The translations under genes were made by a program, and so were the position numbers. A stretch of DNA of 64,000 bases from Podarcis pityusensis (taxonomy: Eukaryota), in assembly GCA_964106645.2 (NCBI GenBank), contig OZ067049.1; one strand, written 5' to 3'. Shown in pieces: positions 22,847-35,780 of the stretch. Under the pieces are notes generated by a model that was given only the letters and a program-made list of their open reading frames with translations, made no database searches and was not told the DNA's origin. How positions within the stretch are numbered: the first letter of the stretch is position 1; every line of letters starts with the position of its first letter.

Positions 22847-24814
22847 CTAAGTTACAAAAAAAAGGAAACTGGCTTTAATATTGACCTTAACTAAGAGTTG
22901 TATTACCATCATAAAGCACCATTCAGATACATAGTCCCTGAAGCAGGCAAATGAATTTTGTAATCCTAACAGTTATGCTAATAAATTCGCAGAGAAATAG
23001 ATCATTATTTGTCTTTTAAACATTTTACATGTTGTTTCGTTTGTTACACATTCTATGATGGTAAAAGGTGTGCACGTTTGAGTCATGACTGGGTCCACAC
23101 AAGTCTTTTTAAATCCTGGGTGTGCACAGTGGAATGCAATTCTTCCCAGTAGGGGAACTACAGTTCACTGGAAAGCAAAGGAAGCATCCATTTTTTGGAT
23201 TGGTCCAATGATTAATAATGAGGGACCACTGTGGAAACCTACCATGAGTCGAAGCTGTAGCAGTCCACTCATACACTCCATTGTTCAGACTAATTTACAT
23301 ACTACTTGCATGAATACAAAGGACATGGTAGAGGTGCGCTGTGGATGAAGCTCCAGGAGACAGGCTGGACTGGCATATCCACAACTGCCATTAATAACAT
23401 ACAAATTCTCCATTTTAAAAAATAGTTAAGTGTTCTTTCTAAATCCTCTATCTGTATTTCCCAACCAAAATACAGCTTTGCTATAATCAACGGAACCTAT
23501 AAAATCCACTCATCTAGCACACACCTTGGCTAGGCAGATGCATTTTTGCTAGAGTTTTTATAGGAGGCATCAAGAAGAAGGCAATCAATGAATTGAAAAA
23601 TGAAAAAGGAGAGATAAAAGGTGGAAATTATGACATTTTCCCCCAAATGTAGAAAGGCAAGGCAAGCAAGTTTTGCACCTAATGCCACCTTTTAACAGTG
23701 TCAAACCTGACCAGGTTTTATCTTCTTAGACATAAACCCAGCATTATCTTGTAGCACCAATCAAAAGATGCTTAACAAAGTTTAGGCAGGAAAATATTTT
23801 CCTTTTTGTCCCATGAGAACTACTGCAGCACCACGACGAGAGAATGAGAAGGTAAGGAAATGATACTTCCCAATACTGTGCTCTAGAGATAGCAAAACTT
23901 AAAAGGCAAGTGTTCAGGGTTTCTATCTCCCCACCCCCTGCGGAACAAAGCGGCGAGCCAGTGTAAAATACATTTATATAATGCCAAACCAGAATATACT
24001 GTTATCACCATAAGAGTTGTGCTGCATCAGACACACAATTCAAGTGCAACGGTTAACTTTAAGTGGGAATTATTAGCTACTGTCAGATGCTATGGGATGT
24101 AGCAGGAAGGACTTAGGGCATCAGTCTCCCTCTGTCACACAGAGAGACTGTAACAAAAGCATTGCCCTGTAAAGACGGGATAGTCAGGTTTCCAACAGTC
24201 TGTCCAGACAGAAGGAAAGAGAGGCAGCTCTGCCCTGGTAGCTACCTCTGGAAGAGCCTAATTTCTTGACTTCTATACTAGAGAGCCCATGCAGATGGTG
24301 AACGCAATCACAACCCTAGTCTTATATTCTCCGCCTAACTACCACAGGGCAGCTACGTGGTTTGAATGCACACACGTCTGCATCTCCTGGCCACGATTGG
24401 AAGACATCACAACTGTGTTCTGAGAATCTTCTTCACTAGCAAACAATTTAAACGATCAAAGTATTTTGGCACATGCTTACCCTGTGTTTGGAAACACAGT
24501 GGGCAGAAATGAATGGGAGCAATTGATGGAGCTGGGTAAGGTGGCTCTGCTTACCTGGCTTCCGAACACTGCAGTCGCTAGCAGCAACAGAGGGAAAAGG
24601 TGGTGGGCAAGGCCCTCACAGTGCCCCTCCTCCTATCATTAACTGGCCAAGATACCCAAGGCCAAGAGGCCAGGTGAACGGCGCAAAAGAACCCATTGGT
24701 CCCAAAAATATGTAAGATGGTCCGTATTCTAGAATAGCAAACCCCTTGAACCACAGGGCTGCTCTGGAGCAAATCATTTGTCAACTTTTGTCGCCCCTCT
24801 ACAAAACTAGGGAA

Positions 24815-25513
24815 GGGACATGGTTCTGTGGCAGAGAAGCTGCTTCTGCATGCAGAAGGTCTTGGATTCAGCCACAGGAATCCTCCGGCAGGGCTGGGGA
24901 AAACTCCTTTTCTGAAACCCTGGAAGGCTTCTGCCAGTTGCCGTATTTTTCCCTCCATAAGATGCACTTTTTTCCTCCTAAAATTAAGGGGAAATGTCTG
25001 TGTGTCTTATGGAGCTCTGTGCGTCTTATGGAGCTCTGTGCGTCTTATGGAGCGAATGTGCGGTTGATCGCTGGCTCCCTTTCCGGCCCCGCCCCCTTGC
25101 CCAGGCCTCCATTGTTGAATGTTCTGCAGACGGAGGCTGTTTGTTTCCCCAGCGACATGTGACTGGCTGATTAGATTATCTGTCTGGAAACTGTAGAAAC
25201 GGCTCCCTTTCATTTCCTAAAGAAGCTGCAGAACTGTGAGTTGAACCCCATAAAACCAGGATTTTTTTCCCTTTACAAAGTAAGCTCAACAACTTTGAGC
25301 TGATCCTCAAAAAAACAGGGTTTTCCCCCTTTGCAAAAGAAGCTGCACAGCTTTGAGCTGATCCCCCCAAAAAACAGGGCTTTCCCCCTTTCCTCCTCTA
25401 AAAACTAGGTGTGTCTTATGGTCAGGTGCGTCTTATGGAGTGAAAAATACAGTAATCCTGAGCTAGACGGACTGTTGGACAGACTCACTATAAGGCAGCT
25501 TCCTATGTTCCTA
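24815..25513 (+). mobile_element. Squam2-like tRNA SINE split by a Tc2-type MITE
   Basis: Head gtggcagagaagctgcttctgcatgcagaagg; tail ctgagctagacgga...ataaggcagcttcctatgttccta. Confidence 0.7.
24941..25452. mobile_element. Tc2/pogo-type non-autonomous DNA transposon
   Basis: TIRs ccgtatttttccctccataagatgcac / gtgcgtcttatggagtgaaaaatacag; TA on the right (TG on the left); internal 19-bp tandem repeats at about 25000-25052. Confidence 0.8.
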
Positions 25514-26575
25514 CATAAACACATTTTGCACCTTTATGTGCATCCTTGCAGAGAGGAGAAGAGAGGAGAGGAGAGGAGAGGAAGTGCTACAGTTGTGATA
25601 CGAAACAAGGTATGAAAAAGTTGAATAAATGGGAGTGGGGAGGGGTGCACACCAAAGACACTCCTCCCCTGGGAGGGCCAGTCATGCAAGCAAATGCCGT
25701 ATATGAGCCAGTCCACAATGCACTTGATAGGCTACATTTTGTCAACAATAACAAAATCACAACTGGTCACTGGGGGTATCTGGTATCATTGAAGAAGATT
25801 ATCATATATCATGAACTGCCTCAAGTAAAAGCTTAGACGACTATGAATCAGGAGGAGATGTTCTGGTACGACACGAGAATGTTAAGCAAGATGCCCCTAA
25901 ATGATATCAAAAAGGCATTGTAGTCTCTGTTACAACGTGGATAAATGACAACCTTCCCCCCAGCCTCATCCAGCCCCTGTTTAAAGGAGTGATGTTCAGA
26001 GCATTCAACGGAGCTGAAGTGCTGTGAACTGAAACCAGAATGGGAAATCTCAAACGGATTGTTAGAAGCTAAGTGAGATAAAGCACTGATCCTCAAATAT
26101 GTAAGGAAGACTCTGTGCTGGAAGACGGAAGATAAATAAGCTGTCTCCACAAATACTCCACCCTTACAATATGTGTCTGGGCAGATTTATGACAACATTG
26201 CTCTTCTTCGGCGCTCTCCCCGCCCTCCTTCTCTTGGCAAATCTAAAGAATATGCTTAAACAGCCTCCGTTATCCACTCATATGCTTGAGTCAACTGCAA
26301 CTGTTCACTCATCAGGAAGACCACGTGTATGGAACCACTTCCTGACAGCAGTTGAAACAGTGGTGGGAATCAGATGGCCACGTGTCAGGTGGAGCAATGT
26401 CTTTCCACACATGCGGTCAGAGAAACACAACATGGTCATCCAAAGCCAGTCTTCCAGACACTGCAGCATTCAGGCCACACCAACTACATGAAGGATTACT
26501 GTGGTTTGGCTTTGTTTTTTGCCTATTAGAGGGTCTCTACCAAGAAGATACTTGAGAACATTACTTTTTATTTAA

Positions 26576-26696
26576 AAAGGTAAAGGACCCCGGACAGCTA
26601 AGTCCAGTCACAAACAACTCTGGGGTTGCGGTGCTCATCTCACTTTATAGGCCGAGGGAGCCGGCGTTTGTCCACAGACAGCTTTTCCGGGTCACA
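26576..26696 (-). mobile_element. Sauria SINE, 5'-truncated
   Basis: aaaggtaaaggacccc tail and ctctggggttgcggtgctcatctc body. Confidence 0.85.
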
Positions 26697-27255
26697 TGAA
26701 CACAAAACACAAAGAAAACACGCCCCTGCAACCCAGAGCAGGCACCTTAGGAACAAATAAATCCCAAAAGCCAAAGACAGATATACAAAAAAGGAGGTAA
26801 GTATGACAGAGTTACCTTAGCAGATTACATACTATCTTAATATTGTATTGTTTCCTGGCTAAAGTGACTGCAAAACTATTCCTATGAAAGCAAAAAATCA
26901 CCACAGGTGGGTAAACACTGATGGAAGTGAAAGGAAATGAAGGGCATTGTTTAGGAAGCAAACAAAAGAAGACCAAACAGATTCCAAAGTATCATATTCC
27001 TTTTGTCCTCAGGCTATTTTTTTTGGGGGGGGGGGTGTTAATTTTTTTCAATGAAGCGATTTGCCATACTTTGCAATACCACAGCCCTAAATCTACCCCT
27101 GCAAAGTATTCCCAAGTGAAATGTTGCATGCACTGAATTATGCTTCTGCAAATGAGGCTCACATTTAAAACAAAACAAAAAAATGACATTATTTTTAAGC
27201 AGCTATTTGCAAAAAGCTTTTCTGCAAATTAATGGCAAACATGTCATACTCATAC

Positions 27256-27322
27256 CTATTTCCACGTAACGACTTGGCAGATCTCGCATTTCACTGGCAT
27301 GTCGCTCTTTCACTGAGCATAT
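27256..27322 (-). CDS. VPS41: VPS41 exon 10 equivalent, ICSVKERHASEMRDLPSRYVEI
   Basis: 67 nt, cag/gtatga, ends in phase 1. Confidence 0.96.
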
Positions 27323-27389
27323 CTGTAAAATAAAAACATTATGTTAGTTAATTGTGATTAGTTACCTTAAGAAATAGAGAGAGTTCATT

Positions 27390-27390
<1 letters not shown>

Positions 27391-27437
<47 letters not shown>
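27391..27437. repeat. (AAT)n microsatellite, probably a LINE tail
   Basis: Visible in sequence; followed by tttatttatattcc. Confidence 0.9.
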
Positions 27438-27651
27438 TTTATTTATATTCCACAATTAATTCAGACTATATATAGGCAAAGGCTCCCAAGAACTTGCAAC
27501 CGTGATGATTACAAGATAGCATTTTAATAAACAGATGCAGGAAAGAGCTACAAATAAAGCAAGAAAGCATCTCAGGAGAGAATGGAATTCTAGAAAAGTT
27601 TGAGCTTCTTCGAACTGCTAACATAGCAGTAATTTTACTAGTGCTTTCACA

Positions 27652-27845
27652 TATTCCAGATGAGCAGCTACATTAAGCTGCTGTAGCAAATCAAACTTTT
27701 ACATCACTCTGATGGCTGCCAACCAACTGCTCCCCTTCGTCAGATGCATCTGAGAAGATTCTTGTCTAGGAAATCTGATGCCATCAAAAATTTGGTAGCC
27801 TTTAAGACGCCACAAGACTTGGTTATTTTTCTGACTGCAGATTAA
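27652..27845. mobile_element. Old, degenerate Penelope-like pLTR relic
   Basis: gcatctgagaag...gaaatctgatgc hammerhead ghost followed by aaatttggtagcctttaagacgccacaagact, resembling the PLE terminus. Confidence 0.5.
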
Positions 27846-28657
27846 TTTCCATGCTGCTAATTGCACATTAACATTATGAACAGCAAAATGCCAACCCCAT
27901 TTATATCAATAAGCTCTTTACTAACTTGGAAAATGTCTACTTTTACAAATGAGTTATAAAAACACTTCCAGAACTTTACAATGTGTAAGATTAATTTTTT
28001 TTAAGCTTTAATTTGTATGCTTCTTACAGTGCACGTGTCTAATTAGATGTAAGTCCCAATGTCTTAAATTAGACTTACTTCAACCTACGTGTGTATAGGA
28101 TAGCAGTCCTAGAAAGTTAATTATCTTCTTTTGGCTTTCCATTCTGTCTTATGGATAAGAAATTAACAGCTGACACCTCTTTACAGAAAGCTTCTTTTGG
28201 AGGGCAACAGCTGAATTCTGACTGCTGTTTTATGACGTCTCTGATAAATCATGCATTCAGCAACCCAGTTTCAGGTTTCACTCCCCACTAATGACAAACT
28301 GTTGCCCAAATGCCCACGTTAAGTACTTCCTGCCTGGACTAAGCAAAGCGAATGAATTTCAGGACTCTCTTTTAACAGCTCTCTGAATGCATCTCTTGAA
28401 GACAAAGAAAGGAGGATCAGCCCACAGCCTTGCCTACTGCACATGCTCAGAGAAATCCGTCTGACCACTGGGCATTTGTCATTATTCCTTCTTATGAAGG
28501 TCAGCCCAATGACATTTCTATGGCAGCAGGAGTTCGCCACACAGTAGTCAAATCAAATTCTCTTCTCCCCCACCCCTATCGCCTTCGCTTTTCAGAAATA
28601 ATCCTCTGTTTGTCTGTGATAGCAGCAAGCATTTATTACAAAGACAGGTAATTGTAC

Positions 28658-28804
28658 CTTTACTGAATTTCCCCAGCCAATAATCAGTGTTAAATTATCT
28701 TTCCAGCAAAGGCTGCAGGGATACATATCAGGACGGAGGTTTATATCGTCTCGGGGCACGTTGGTGATTCTTTGCTTAGCAATCACGTCGAGTATCTTCA
28801 CGCC
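28658..28804 (-). CDS. VPS41: VPS41 exon 9 equivalent, GVKILDVIAKQRITNVPRDDINLRPDMYPCSLCWKDNLTLIIGWGNSVK
   Basis: 147 nt, cag/gtacaa; contained in ORF 28592..28876(-). Confidence 0.97.
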
Positions 28805-29911
28805 CTGAAAGTTTAACACACAGCAAGAGAATTCAGTGTGGCACCATATACGCAAACCATGGTCCAGAAATATCATATTACAGGTTATGCTAAGGTGGCA
28901 GCACAGGCCTACTGGCAGGCGCAGAAAAGGATCCTGGCAACTGTGTACAAAGAGCTAGAGCCAGATGAAGGAAACTGCCCACACTGGTCTGTCTCTGCCA
29001 CAGCAAACTATCATTTTGCTTGAAAGGACATGAATGAGCAAGGCAGGCAGGCAGTGACAACTTAAATCTCTGCAGGCGCAGTGTGCTATCAGGAGTTGCA
29101 TATGCATAGAAACATCTTCATCCAAGAGCCAAATGTGCTGTAACACTTCTTTGTAAAATTTAGAGGATTATTTATCTGCCACCCCTTCAATTTTTATTTA
29201 TTTTTATTTCACAAATTATGACAAATTAGTTGTTTGCATCTCATACATGGGCCTGTTGTAGAAAGCAACTTTCCCCTCGACTATCTTTGGCTATGCTATG
29301 GAAATACAGTGGTGAAATCTTATTCTGGTTCTTACCACCGACTCTGCCAGTGGCACCTTCTCTTCAAAATGACACAACTAAAGCCTATATTCTTCAAGGA
29401 TCTACTGGGTTTAGATGTGACAGCTGAAGAGCACCCTCCCTCGAGACGAACGCAGAATACCACATCACACAGAAGCCACAAGGCCCAACACATCTATATA
29501 TTTATAAAATGAAGTAGTATTTTAATCTGATATTAAGCCCATTTACTCAAGAACTGCCTGTGATTTAATAAAACAAATGTGGTTAACAACAACCTGATTT
29601 GCGTATTCGTCTTTTACATTTCTAGGCTTTTGTGTACTACATTCCAGTCTTGCTTAAAAAAGAAAGAGGTGCTATCTTCCACCTAGAGGACAGAGTTAAG
29701 GGGGAACCATGCTTGGAAGTGGCGCATTTCTTTAAGAAATTTGGAGGAGAGAGCTGTTTTGCAGAAGCAGCTTCTTGCGTTCTGAGTCTGGTCTTCCTCT
29801 CTCACTCACAGGCCTCTTGGCACTCAGTGGAAGCTAAGGGATCCCTGCAGGAAATGGACCCAGCTAAAATGTTTTTTATAGAATGCCAGTTACGGAAGAA
29901 GTCTAAAATTT

Positions 29912-30179
29912 GAATTCAGCCTGATCTTTTATTTCCCTCCCCCCCCCTTTTATGAAGATCACCCGCTCTGAGACCCCACAGCTAATTCTCCCCTGGCCCC
30001 CTCGCTGGCCCAAGTAGGACTAATTCAGCCAGCTAGCCCTGGCAATTATCTAATTGATTTTTGAATTTTATTGTTATTCATGTTTTTATACCGTATTTTA
30101 TGCTGCTTTTATAATTAAGTGTCTTAAAGTGTTTTAAATTTGTTGTTAGCTGCCCTAAGCCCAGTTTTTGAACCGGGAA

Positions 30180-30221
<42 letters not shown>
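29912..30221 (+). mobile_element. L2-like LINE 3' UTR with (AAT)n
   Basis: tgttagctgccctaagcccag... tail motif shared with family A. Confidence 0.6.
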
Positions 30222-30223
<2 letters not shown>

Positions 30224-30589
30224 GCACTAAACTGCTATGAGTACAAATGTGTAGAAAATGCAATATAGTAGTAGTTGTAGCTGTAGCTGTAGCAATCTTC
30301 AGGCATACAATCAGTGAGAAGGACGTGTTGGCAGCATCAGTGGCATGGAGGTATATTCATCTCACAGCTTCACCCCAAACCTTCCCATCTCCTCTGGCTC
30401 CCCCCCCCCCCAAATGTTGAGCACTGGGGCAGAAGGTGTTGTTGGGCATTGGGTATTGTTTAGGGGGTTTTTGTTGCTGCTGTTGGTATTCAATTTCCGT
30501 GTCTTTATTTTTAGGTATTATAATGATTTGTGTGGTAATTGTCCCGTTATGGCTGTGTGCTTTTTGATGCGTTGCATTTATTGTTTATG

Positions 30590-30780
30590 ACTACTTCCTG
30601 ACAGTAAGAGCTGTTCGACAGTGGAATTTGCTGCCAAGGAGTGTGGTGGAGTCTCCTTCTTTGGAGGTCTTTAAGCAGAGGCTTGACAACCATATGTCAG
30701 GAGTGCTCTGATGGTGTTTCCTGCTTGGCCACTCGATGGCCCTTGTGGTCTCTTCCAACTCTATGATTCTATGATTCTAT
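30590..30780 (+). mobile_element. CR1 LINE 3' end
   Basis: FLTVRAVRQWNLLPRSVVESPSLEVFKQRLDNHMSGVL* followed by (GATTCTAT)n terminal repeats. Confidence 0.92.
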
Positions 30781-31383
30781 ACTTTTGTTAGGTTTGTAAT
30801 TGTGGGGAGGATTCCGAGTGTGTTCAGTTGGGCTCCCAAAGAACCCCCTTGCCAAAGGGGGAACGCCATGAAAACACATGCCGGGGATGGAGATATTGGG
30901 GAAGTGTTGGTGTGAACACTTTACCTCTATGTTCTCACATGTATTCTTTGAATGCCTGAACAGGGCTTCAATCAGGGCTCAATCTGCTGTTCTTTGTGAT
31001 TTAATCTCTTGAATGTCCTCTGTCAATATCATTATTTACATACGGATTAAAGATTATGACCAAACCTATTCTTGTGGGCTCAGGGTAGATAATGGAGGGC
31101 AACAATTTGAAGTAGGCGCTTCCCTTGTGACCTTTGTGTCTTGCTACATTTTAGGTTGCTATTTTCTGACTCCTGTTTTTAATGTAATTAAACATATGGT
31201 TATCTTAATGCATGAAATGTTAACTTGTGGCCACTTGGGCATTGGAAAAGAGATGGGAATATAAGAAAGATTTTGAAACACTGTGCATCAAGAAAAATTA
31301 AACATATCAAGACATCCAGTGCAATGGCAATTTAGAAATTTACCCATTCACATAATGAAAACAGCTAACTCTGAAATACCTAC

Positions 31384-31503
31384 CATATTATTGGCCCAAG
31401 CAATCAGGTTTCCTCTCCATTTAACATTTCTGATATTTCCCTCTCCTTCATGTAAAACTGAAGGTTTCCATCTGTTCATCCATGACTTTTCATATAAAAA
31501 CAA
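31384..31503 (-). CDS. VPS41: VPS41 exon 8 equivalent, LFLYEKSWMNRWKPSVLHEGEGNIRNVKWRGNLIAWANNM
   Basis: 120 nt, tag/gtaggt, phase 0-0. Confidence 0.97.
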
Positions 31504-34300
31504 CTAGGAAAAAAGAATCACAAGAATTTAAAGCGCTTTTGATAAAAGACAGGTACAAAAGGAATCTTTTTTTACTTTTGTCATTTTACTCATTCGTTCA
31601 TATGAGATTTAATACAAAATGGACACAGCAAAAAAAAGAAAAGCTTCTAATTTACAACCAAGTTAGTTCCAACTCAAAAATCGGTAAGAAGAACAAACAA
31701 AACCTTTTCCAGTGTACAGTAAGTGGTAGAATAACAGATTTAAAAACACAGGCATGCTTCTCATATAATGTGGAGCCCTCCTTTAGTGTTTTGTACTAAA
31801 TCTTCCTTCACTATGGCTGCGAGGAGATTGGAACCATTCACTTCAATTTTCAAGCAGCTATGGTTTCCCGTTACAATGAACTAGAAACTGTAGTTAGTAC
31901 AAACCATCCAGGATTATTAACCACAATTTGAAGTTGACTTGTTTCAAAAACCAGTGTTTAACATTTAACATTGTTTACCCAGAAACCACAGTTGGTTGGA
32001 TGGAAGCTTCCAGTAACTTCCTTGCAAGCATGAAGGAAAGGGGAAGAGGCACACAGCGCTTCAGCCTCAACCAAATGGTCAGGGATGGGTGGCAGTTAGG
32101 TCCAGAAACATAAGGAGGGCCACAGCTTAGCCCCTCCTGACATACAGGTACATCAGGAGCAGCTTGCTGTTGTGTATCGGCAACCATCTGCAAAAGGCAG
32201 TGGGAACTCACCAAAAATCAGGTGTCTCACCGTGCATGAGAAGAGTTGCTTTCTGCTGGTCTAAAGCCCCCACTGGATACAACCCAAAGAGTCCTGGTTA
32301 TTCTCACCTCTTCACAGAGTAGACAACAAATGCACCCTCTCTCCTCAACACATTATAAGCCTCACATATAATGCTTGCGTTCCACTACTGATACCTGATT
32401 GTGAAGGTTCCCAGCTCACATGGTCTTCTTTCCCTTTCCTTTTGATGGGAGAGAAATGTGCAAATTGGATGCCCTAGCAGTTGGTTATTTATATCAAGTC
32501 CCTGCTTCATACAAAAGGCTTTTCTCTACAGCAGCGGTTTACAAGCTGTGGAGCACAGGTCCTTGGCTGGGGTCTGCTGAGCTTTGAAAGTCATGCTCCT
32601 TGTCTAGCAATGCACACTTACTGTCACAAACTGGTTGGAAACAGTGGAATGGTGGGAGGAAAGAGCTGGGGAAACCACAAGGGAAGAAGGCTCAGTGCCT
32701 GGGCAGTGGTGGTGGGACAAAGAGGAGTAGTCAGAGGGAGAAGACAAAAAAGCTATTAACAGAGCCTAAAACTACAAGAGTCAGCTTGTAGGAGTTTGCA
32801 AACAAGGGTGGGGGGGTTAAAAAAGGGTCCTCATACTCGTAAAGGATGACGATCGCTACTCTACAAAAAACCAGACTTCTTTTTTATCCTCAAAACTTTA
32901 AAAAGTGGTTGTCAGGCTACAAGAAAGGAAACAGTAGGGAAAAGCAAGATTCCTGGGATATCTATTACACCTTGTTTGTGTAACCCCCTTCCGCTGGACG
33001 TTGGCCCTTTTGCGGGGGGAGACATAAAGAAATTTTATATAAAACAGCTGTTACTCAACTGCTTAAAAGGGCTTTTTGGCCGAGATGAATACAACATGCC
33101 TATTATATATGCAGCCACAAGATGGTACCAAAGGACAGATATTTCAGCTGAAACAGTTCAGAAACAAACTTCAGAATTGGTCACTGCAAATAAATCTGAG
33201 GGAACTTGGTGGAAACGGCAACAACCACCTGCCACGGAAAACAGAAGCTCGCATTCCAAATTACACCACAGTTTTGGGACACCAGTAATTAAAACTAGCT
33301 GAATCCCATTGACTTCAGCAGAGCTAAATTCACTCCACTGAAACTAACACAGCAAATGTATGGTGGAGAAATTCTGCGGCAGAAAGACCTCAGCTTCCTA
33401 AGCCCTTCTGCTTTGCTCCAGTGAGGGCAGGAGACGTCTTTTCCTTACTTTTTTTTTTTTGGTTGCCAATTATATATTTTACTTTCCCTTCTCATTGCTC
33501 TGGGACAAGGGTAGCTAAGGAGTCCTTCTGGGGAGCAATGGCAGAGGAATGAGGGGGCCAAGGATCCTATCCTGATACAACCCAAAACACACTTTCCCCT
33601 GCCTACAGCTAACTACTGGTGGCGTCATGCCTAAACCCATGAAGCTTATCACAGGCACCCATGGGTGGGGAGGAGAACTAGTGCAAGCGCTAACCCACCG
33701 GCAACAACCAATGACCCCACAGCTGGCCTCTGATAATAGGATTTCAGCTTAAATCAATGCATTTGATTAAATGGATTGTGGACTGGATAGGGCAGTGAAT
33801 TAGGAAGGCAAATCATTTATGCACCAGCAGAACTGATGATTTCTTTCGCGTGATGTGGTATTTCCATAGTAGTGGAAGCTAAGGTATATAGCGTTGCTAT
33901 TTTTCTTTGTAATATCTTGAATCCTTCTAATGGGGATGTCTAATATCAATGAGTGTGTGTGTGTGTGCGTGTTTAAATATTATCTATAAGCAGTCTTGAA
34001 CTTGCTTGAGAGTAAGTACTGTGTGTAGTCTTAGGTCAGTCACTGATAATCCATATGCTGAGAAATTATTAATTATCTCTTGTGATTGGGAAGAGAAACC
34101 CTAACTGGTTGCAGATTTGCCTGGCCTGAATGAAAGGCAGTCTTTTTTGCTGTGCCACCTACATGTTGATGCAGCAGAAGGACCCAAAACAGCCCCCCCT
34201 CCCTTGGAGCTGGCCCTACGTAGAATTCAACAGGTCAGATCCATAGCCAACCCAGTTCCAACCCCCATGTCCCACTTTGGGACTGGCTACCCTGGGGGTA

Positions 34301-34649
34301 AGGACGCGGGTGACGCTGTGGGTTAAACCACAGAGCCCAGGACTTGCTGATCAGAAGGTCGGCGGTTCAAATCCCTGCAACGGGGTGAGCTCCCGTTGCT
34401 CGGTCCCTGCTCCTGCCAACCTAGCAGTTCGAAAGCACGTCAAAGTGCAAGTAGATAAATAGGCACCGCTCCAGCGGGAAGGTAAACGGCGTTTCCGTGC
34501 GCTGTTCTGGTTCACCAGAAGCGACTTAGTCATGCTGGCCACATGACCCGGAGGCTGTACGCCTGCTCCCTCGGCCAATAAAGCGAGATGAGTGCTGCAA
34601 CCCCAGAGTCGTCCGTGACTGGACCTAATGGTCAGGGGTCCTTTACCTT
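34301..34649 (+). mobile_element. Full-length Sauria SINE (lacertid type)
   Basis: tRNA-like head, (ACCTTT) tail, 13-bp TSD taccctgggggta. Confidence 0.93.
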
Positions 34650-34936
34650 TACCCTGGGGGTAGCACTGCCTCCATCAAACTTTCTACAGCTGTATCCGGG
34701 GTCTTCGCTAGTGCAGTAGCATGGAAATAGAATGAAGTTTTTTTGTTTTCTTAAAAAAGAGGTCTTTATCTCAATACGTTTAACCTTTGTAAGAAAGTCA
34801 AGCACTAGTATTATGAAGAATTTATTAAACTTTTCAGATTGATGGCAACAATCACGGCAACTATGATGGCAACTATGCCCAATTTCAATTTTATTTTAAA
34901 ATTGAATGGAATAAGCAAAGTGCTATTTAAGTCAAC

Positions 34937-35780
34937 GCTGGGCTGGATGAATCTCAAGCCGGAATTAAGATTGCCGGAAGAAATATCAACAACCTCAGAT
35001 ATGCAGATGACACAACACTGATGGCAGAAAGTGAGGAGGAATTAAATAACCTTTTAATGAGGGTGAAAGAGGAGAGCGCAAAATATGGTTTGAAGCTCAA
35101 CATCAAAAAAAAACGAAGATCATGGCCACTGGTCCCATCACCTCCTGGCAAATAGAAGGGGAAGAAATGGAGGCAGTGAGAGATTTTACTTTCTTGGGCT
35201 CCATGATCACTGCAGATGGTGACAGCAGTCACGAAATTAAAAGACACCTGCTCCTTGGGAGAAAGGCGATGGCAAACCTAGACAGCATCTTAAAAAGTAG
35301 AGACATCACCCTACCAACAAAAGTCCGTATAGTTAAAGCCATGGTTTTCCCAGTAGTGATGTATGGAAGTGAGAGCTGGACCATAAAGAAGGCTGATCGC
35401 CAAAGAATTGATGCTTTTGAACTATGGTGCTGGAGGATACTCTTGAGAGTCCCATGGACTGCAAGAAGATCAAACCTCTCCATTCTGAAGGAAATCAGCC
35501 CGGAGTGCTCACTGGAGGGACAGATCACGAAGCTGAGGCTCCAATACTTTGGTCACCTCATGAGAAGAGAAGACTCCCTGGAAAAGACCCTGATGTTGGG
35601 AAAGATGGAGGGCACAAGGAGAAGGGGATGACAGAGGACGAGATGGTTGGACAGTGTTCTCGAAGCTACAAACATGAGTCTGACCAAACTGCGGGAGGCA
35701 GTGGAAGACAGGAGTGCCTGGCATGCTCTGGTCCAGGGGGTCACAAAGAGTCGGACACGAGTAAACGACTAAACAACAAC
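34937..35780 (+). mobile_element. Bov-B (RTE clade) LINE, 5'-truncated
   Basis: RT motif NNLRYADDT; ORF 35122..35631 with KAMVFPVVMYGSESWTIKKA and RIDAFELWCWR; (CAA)n tail; 12-bp TSD atttaagtcaac; frameshift in the A-run at about 35105. Confidence 0.95.

Noticed and set aside
25000-25052. CRISPR-like direct repeats
   Set aside because: Head-to-tail 19-bp subterminal repeats with no spacers, inside a vertebrate DNA transposon.
34839-34880. 12-bp imperfect tandem repeat (gatggcaac...) encoding MATITATMMATM
   Set aside because: Three short copies with no splice or coding context; ordinary slippage duplication.
35122-35631. 169-aa ORF as a host gene
   Set aside because: Bov-B reverse transcriptase C-terminal fragment, 5'-truncated, frameshifted and bounded by a TSD.
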